Source: Escherichia coli
GTDB lineage: Bacteria; Pseudomonadota; Gammaproteobacteria; Enterobacterales; Enterobacteriaceae
Reading direction: 5' to 3' (one strand)
Length of the DNA: 64,000 nt
NCBI RefSeq assembly: GCF_017348835.2
Contig: NZ_CP071375.1
Part shown: positions 59,323 to 64,000 of the stretch, one piece after another
How positions within the stretch are numbered: the first letter of the stretch is position 1
How the letters are laid out: each line of letters begins with the position of its first letter
Program-made: the position numbers and the translations under genes
Notes under the pieces: model-generated
Database searches by the model: none
What the model saw: the letters and a program-made list of their open reading frames with translations, nothing else
What the model was told of the DNA's origin: nothing

Positions 59323-60726
59323 TTAAACAATGCGAAACGCATCGACTAATACACAGCGACGCAGACGGACAAACGTACGCGCGCTGGTTACCCCTTCACC
59401 GGTTGGCGTGGTGATGGTCATGGTGGTCCAGCCTTCCCCGCCCAGCCCCAGCCCGGCAATGCACGGTCCGTTCTTAACGAAAATGCTGGTATCAATGGCA
59501 TTCGCCATCTGGTTCATGTTCTCGATATTGCGCGAGTGCATTGCCGCCGTGTGGTGGCAACCGCCTTCCAGTTTCACCGCCAGCGCAATGGCATCCGCCA
59601 CGTTGGCGACGCGCACGACGGGCAACACCGGCATCATCAGTTCAGTCACGGCAAACGGATGTTCTGCGGTGGTTTCTACAAACAGCAATCGCGTTTGTTC
59701 CGGAACTTTAAGGCCGATTGCCGCCGCGATTTTGCCTGCATCGCGACCTACCCAGTCACGGCTGACGGTACCTTTTCCGCGCTCGTCGATATTTTTCAGC
59801 AACACCGGTTGCAATTGCTGCGCCTGCTCTGCGGTCAGTTTCACCGCGTGCTGGCCTTCCATCAGACGCATCAGTTCATCGGCTACGCTATCAACAACAA
59901 TCAGTACCTTTTCGTCGGCACAAATGATGTTGTTATCGAAAGACGCGCCTTTAACGATGGACTGAGCAGCACGGGCGAGGTCAGCGGTTTCATCCACCAC
60001 TACCGGCGGGTTGCCAGCGCCTGCGGCAATCAGACGTTTATTGGTGTGTTTACGCGCCGCTTCTACTACCGCTTCGCCGCCGGTCACCACCAGCAGGCCG
60101 ATGCCCGGAAACTTGAACAAGCGTTGCGCGGTTTCGATATCCGGATTTGCCACAGTAACCAGTAAGTTTTCCGGCCCACCTGCGGCAACAATCGCCTGGT
60201 TGAGCAGCGTAATCGCCCGCTGGGAGACTTTTTTCGCCGCCGGATGCGGGGCAAAAATGACGCTGTTGCCCGCGGCAATCAGGCTGATGGCGTTGTTAAT
60301 TACGGTTGCCGCCGGGTTAGTGGACGGCGTCACCGAAGCCACCACGCCCCAGGGTGCGTTTTCAATTAGGGTCAGGCCGTTGTCGCCAGTCAGCACTTGC
60401 GGAGAGAGGTACTCAACGCCTGGTGTGCCGCGCGCCTGAGCGACGTTTTTTGCAAATTTATCTTCAACGCGCCCCATGCCGGTTTCACTGACGGCAAGTT
60501 CCGCTAAATCTCTGGCGTGTTTTTCGCCTGCTTCACGAATGGCAGCAATGGCTAACTGGCGCATTGCCACGCTCTTTAACCCTTGCTGGGCGACTTTGGC
60601 TGCCGCAACGGCGTCATCCAGGGACGCGAAAACGCCCATCTCATGAACGGCGGCGGGCGGCGTGTCACTGCTTTGCATTTTCAGCAGTACCGCTTTCACC
60701 ACCTGTTCAATATCCTGTTGATTCAT
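59323..60726 (-). CDS. eutE: acetaldehyde dehydrogenase (CoA-acylating)
   Basis: 467-aa aldehyde dehydrogenase-fold ORF. Confidence 0.9.
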   Translation of the reverse strand: MNQQDIEQVVKAVLLKMQSSDTPPAAVHEMGVFASLDDAVAAAKVAQQGLKSVAMRQLAIAAIREAGEKHARDLAELAVSETGMGRVEDKFAKNVAQARGTPGVEYLSPQVLTGDNGLTLIENAPWGVVASVTPSTNPAATVINNAISLIAAGNSVIFAPHPAAKKVSQRAITLLNQAIVAAGGPENLLVTVANPDIETAQRLFKFPGIGLLVVTGGEAVVEAARKHTNKRLIAAGAGNPPVVVDETADLARAAQSIVKGASFDNNIICADEKVLIVVDSVADELMRLMEGQHAVKLTAEQAQQLQPVLLKNIDERGKGTVSRDWVGRDAGKIAAAIGLKVPEQTRLLFVETTAEHPFAVTELMMPVLPVVRVANVADAIALAVKLEGGCHHTAAMHSRNIENMNQMANAIDTSIFVKNGPCIAGLGLGGEGWTTMTITTPTGEGVTSARTFVRLRRCVLVDAFRIV

Positions 60727-60737
60727 GATGTTCTGCC

Positions 60738-61025
60738 TTATTTGTGGAAAATTACCTGACCGCCAGACACCACCTCATCGACAATGCCAATCACGCACAG
60801 ATCGACCGGTGACGTTTCGCTTTTATGCGCCTGGCGGGCGGAACTGCCACTCACCAGTAACACCCACTCCCCGGTTCCCGCGCCAATATTGTCGATGGCG
60901 ACGGCGCATTGCCCGTCAGGATTACCTTGTGGATCAATCATTTCCACCATCAGCAATTTGTCATGCGCCAGTCCGTGATGGCGTACGGTACAAACAATTT
61001 GTCCAGTGACGACTGCCAGTTTCAT
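60738..61025 (-). CDS. eutN: BMC vertex (pentamer) protein
   Basis: 95-aa ORF MKLAVVTGQIVCTVRHHGLAHDKLLMVEMIDPQG... Confidence 0.9.
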   Translation of the reverse strand: MKLAVVTGQIVCTVRHHGLAHDKLLMVEMIDPQGNPDGQCAVAIDNIGAGTGEWVLLVSGSSARQAHKSETSPVDLCVIGIVDEVVSGGQVIFHK

Positions 61026-61131
61026 ACCCGCCTCCGTGGCGTATTTCAGGTAAAAGCTCCCCCTACCCTCCGCGGAAGGTAAAATGAAAAATGAGAGAGC
61101 GTGACGCCCGAATCGACGTCACACAGGGTGA

Positions 61132-61425
61132 TTACAGGTTGCTGCTATCGCCTTTCAGGCCGATCGGGAACACTTCTTCCAGGTCGCCGTGCGGACGCGG
61201 GATAACGTGTACAGATACCAGCTCGCCGATACGCTGTGCCGCTGCGGCACCGGCATCGGTCGCCGCTTTACAGGCTGCAACATCACCACGAACCATGGCA
61301 GTACACAGGCCGCCGCCAATCTGCTTAACACCAACCAGCTTGACGCGCGCCGCTTTCACCATCGCGTCAGAAGCCTCAATCAGTGCAACCAGGCCCCGGG
61401 TTTCGATCATTCCTAATGCTTCCAT
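61132..61425 (-). CDS. eutM: BMC shell protein
   Basis: ORF trimmed to [28 protein letters not shown]... (ATG complement 61423-61425). Confidence 0.9.
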   Translation of the reverse strand: MEALGMIETRGLVALIEASDAMVKAARVKLVGVKQIGGGLCTAMVRGDVAACKAATDAGAAAAQRIGELVSVHVIPRPHGDLEEVFPIGLKGDSSNL

Positions 61426-61463
61426 TGTGCTTTCCTCTTTATCAGGGTCCAGAACGGGACCGT

Positions 61464-62480
61464 TCATTCAACCAGTGTTTGTAAACTGCTTTCGCGGTTC
61501 ATTTCTGTCTGACGCGGCACAGCTGCCACCAGCGCCAGCTCGATAATTTCCTGCACGCTACAACCACGAGAGAGATCGTGCATCGGCGCGGCAAGTCCTT
61601 GTATCAATGGCCCGACGGCACGATATCCGCCGAGTCGTTGTGCGATTTTGTAGCCAATATTTCCGGCTTCCAGCGACGGAAAAACCATCACATTGGCCTT
61701 GCCCTGTAGCGGGCTGGCAGGCGCTTTTTGCGCCGCCACTTCCGGCACGAAGGCGGCGTCAAACTGCAACTCGCCATCGACTACCAGCTTTGGTGCGCGC
61801 TCACGGACGATTTCTGTCGCCTGCTGGACATTGGCAACGCAGGGGTGACGGGCGCTACCGTTACTGGAAAACGACAGCATCGCCACGCGCGGCTCTTCTC
61901 CGGTGATGGCGCGCCAGGTTTCGGCGCTGGCAAGCGCGATATCCGCCAGCTGCGCCGCCGTCGGCTGTGGTACCACGCTGCAATCGGCAAAGCCCAACGC
62001 CGGACCGCTGTACTGTGGCAGCATCAGGAAAATGGATGAGAGCGTTTTACAGCCTGGCTGCAAGCCGATAATGCGTAATCCGGCACGCAGCACATTCGCC
62101 GTGGAAGAGAGGTTGCCCGCGATACAGACATCCGCTTTACCGGCGCTGACCATTGCGGCGGCGAACATCAGCGGATCGGTAAGTTTTTCCAGCGCATCCG
62201 GCGGCGTTTTTTCGCCCGCGCGGGCCAGCCAGCGATGAGCAAATTCTTCCCGCATTGCGAGGTTGCCATGCGGATCAATAACCTGTAGCCCGTCCATCGC
62301 TACGCCATGACTGAGCGCAAACTGACGAAGTTCAAACGGATTGGCGACCAGAATGGGCGTTGCCAGACCTTGTTGATGTAAATATTGCGCAGCTTTCAGC
62401 ACACGTTGATCTAACGCATCCGGAAAAACCACTCTGGCGGGCGCTCGCAACGCCAGTTCACGACAACGTTCAATAATCAT
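61464..62480 (-). CDS. eutD: phosphotransacetylase
   Basis: 338-aa ORF; Pta family. Confidence 0.9.
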   Translation of the reverse strand: MIIERCRELALRAPARVVFPDALDQRVLKAAQYLHQQGLATPILVANPFELRQFALSHGVAMDGLQVIDPHGNLAMREEFAHRWLARAGEKTPPDALEKLTDPLMFAAAMVSAGKADVCIAGNLSSTANVLRAGLRIIGLQPGCKTLSSIFLMLPQYSGPALGFADCSVVPQPTAAQLADIALASAETWRAITGEEPRVAMLSFSSNGSARHPCVANVQQATEIVRERAPKLVVDGELQFDAAFVPEVAAQKAPASPLQGKANVMVFPSLEAGNIGYKIAQRLGGYRAVGPLIQGLAAPMHDLSRGCSVQEIIELALVAAVPRQTEMNRESSLQTLVE

Positions 62481-63280
62481 TGCGTTTCCCCCAGTCGTTG
62501 TTGGATCTGCTTCACCGTTAGCGGCTGCTTCGTTACGCTCAGGATCATCATCACGTAGACCGTGCTCGAAAGGCGGTTCAGCGCCTGCAAGATGTCCGGG
62601 CGTAATACTTCAAAGCTGCGGGTGATAAACACCTGCGCCGCTACGGTTTCGGTTTCCCGCACTTTGGTGCGTAGCAGATTGAGCAACGCAGCATCGCGCC
62701 CGTGGCTGGCTTCCGGCACCAGATGATCGTGGTCGAGATAGCGCAGCGGCTGATGAGAAAGCCGATGCAGATCTTCGTCAGAAAGCCCGACAATCGCTTG
62801 ATCGCCCAGCGGTTCCCCCAGCGCATCGGCACGCATAATGTTGCCAAGACGCGAACGGATATCCGCCAGCCACGGCTGCCACGGTTCCGCCAGTTCAATT
62901 TGCAGCCACACTGCCAGCGCAATGGTGCTGTCGAGAACCGCGCGAAAACCCAGACGCGGATCGCTTTTGGCGACCATTTTTTCCGCCGACAGGTGAGTCA
63001 GCGTATCCGGCTTTTTTGCCACCGGCTGGCGGCACAGTTCGCAGCACGCCTGCGGATGTTCATCGCTGCTGGTCAGCCCATGAACGGGCTGCGGCTGCTG
63101 CTGTTCATCGTCAACAAACAGGCGGCCCTGCTCGTCAATAAACTTGATGCGCAGATGGCGGCTTTCCAGTAACTCCCGGGCAGAGGGCGTCAGGCGACTG
63201 TCCGCAGGGAGATGGATCTCTGCGCCTTCGCTGAGCGTATGGTTCGCTCTTAGCCATGCTTCGGTGATGAAATCTTTCAT
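62477..63280 (-). CDS. eutT: ethanolamine-utilisation corrinoid adenosyltransferase
   Basis: 267-aa ORF overlapping neighbours by 4 bp. Confidence 0.88.
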   Translation of the reverse strand: MKDFITEAWLRANHTLSEGAEIHLPADSRLTPSARELLESRHLRIKFIDEQGRLFVDDEQQQPQPVHGLTSSDEHPQACCELCRQPVAKKPDTLTHLSAEKMVAKSDPRLGFRAVLDSTIALAVWLQIELAEPWQPWLADIRSRLGNIMRADALGEPLGDQAIVGLSDEDLHRLSHQPLRYLDHDHLVPEASHGRDAALLNLLRTKVRETETVAAQVFITRSFEVLRPDILQALNRLSSTVYVMMILSVTKQPLTVKQIQQRLGETQ

Positions 63281-63978
63281 AGGGATTGCCAGTTAGCCGG
63301 CCAGGCGACATACAGGAATTTCACGCTGGATGTCGTACCAAATTCGATGCTGGAGCCTTTCGGGATAAACATCACGTCACCCGCTTTGGCGATCATGGTT
63401 TCGCCTTCGTGGCGAACATGCAGCTCCCCTTCCAGCACCATGTCGATTTCGTCGTAGTTCAGGGTCCACGGGAAGAATGCGTTCTCCCACTGCATAAAAC
63501 CGGCGGCCATGCTGCTGCCGTCGTCTCCGGTCACAAGATCAGTCAAGCCCACGCAATGCGGTTGTGCGCCATCAAAACGACCAAACTTGACGCTGCTGCC
63601 ATCAATCACTTTGATGCCGCCTTTGCCGGTCACCGATTTGAAGCTCGGCAGCATTGCGCCCTGCTCCAGCGACTGTTTTTCCTTCATCACTTTTTCCATC
63701 AGCTGCGCGACCAGGCTTTCGGTAAACTGGCCTTCCGGCAGCTGGGCAATGATGGTTTCGCGGATGCGCTGGCTTTCGGTTTTATCGGCTGGCACGCTGG
63801 CGGGAACAGACGCCGTTACCGGGATCGATTCATCACATTCGGTGATGGTAAAACCCAGTAGATCCGCCACTTCACGGGCTTCCGGGGTAATAATGCTGGC
63901 GCGCAGAACCACGGACATTGCCTGTTCGCCGCGCGCGTGTGCTTCACGAATATCATTCGCTGTGATGAGTTTTTTCAC
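63277..63978 (-). CDS. eutQ: cupin-fold ethanolamine-utilisation protein
   Basis: 233-aa ORF (GTG start in the ORF track); AGGAGG RBS upstream. Confidence 0.85.
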   Translation of the reverse strand: MKKLITANDIREAHARGEQAMSVVLRASIITPEAREVADLLGFTITECDESIPVTASVPASVPADKTESQRIRETIIAQLPEGQFTESLVAQLMEKVMKEKQSLEQGAMLPSFKSVTGKGGIKVIDGSSVKFGRFDGAQPHCVGLTDLVTGDDGSSMAAGFMQWENAFFPWTLNYDEIDMVLEGELHVRHEGETMIAKAGDVMFIPKGSSIEFGTTSSVKFLYVAWPANWQSL

Positions 63979-64000
63979 CTGCTTCCTCCTGTTTGGTGAG
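63976..64000 (-). CDS. eutP: 3' end of the upstream eut gene (partial, runs off window end)
   Basis: Open frame entering the window from the right and ending in TGA overlapping the eutQ start (CAGGTGA); only ~8 codons visible; identity inferred from operon order. Confidence 0.35.

Overview
This window looks like an Escherichia coli-type chromosomal segment running from the fry PTS genes and glk through to the ethanolamine-utilisation (eut) operon. All gene calls rest on reading the supplied ORF translations and the sequence by eye; no searches were run. Most of it is conserved housekeeping: fryC(partial)-fryB-glk, yfeO, ypeC, mntH, nupC, pdeA/yfeA, tRNA-Ala x2, yfeC, yfeD, gltX, tRNA-Val x3 + tRNA-Lys, yfeR, yfeH, ypeB, ligA, zipA, cysZ, cysK, ptsH-ptsI-crr, pdxK, yfeK, cysM-cysA-cysW-cysU-cysP, ucpA, murR/murQ-murP, yfeW, yfeX, yfeY, yfeZ, ypeA, amiA, hemF, eutR and the eut operon. 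The one clear accessory region is a ~9.6 kb island (about 44,940-54,572) inserted between eutB and eutA, antisense to eut transcription. It carries a P4-type tyrosine integrase, a divergent two-gene cassette whose distal gene resembles a YafO-type toxin, an AlpA-like excision regulator, several small unknown ORFs, an orphan tail tape-measure-like gene, and a ~110 bp polypyrimidine tract at its right end. E. coli K-12 has the cryptic prophage CPZ-55 at this same eutB/eutA position; I cannot tell from sequence alone whether this island is the same or a different cargo, and I did not find a system I can name as new. The best candidates for follow-up are the toxin-like cassette, the structured non-coding region next to the integrase, and the small-ORF cluster upstream of the tape-measure gene.
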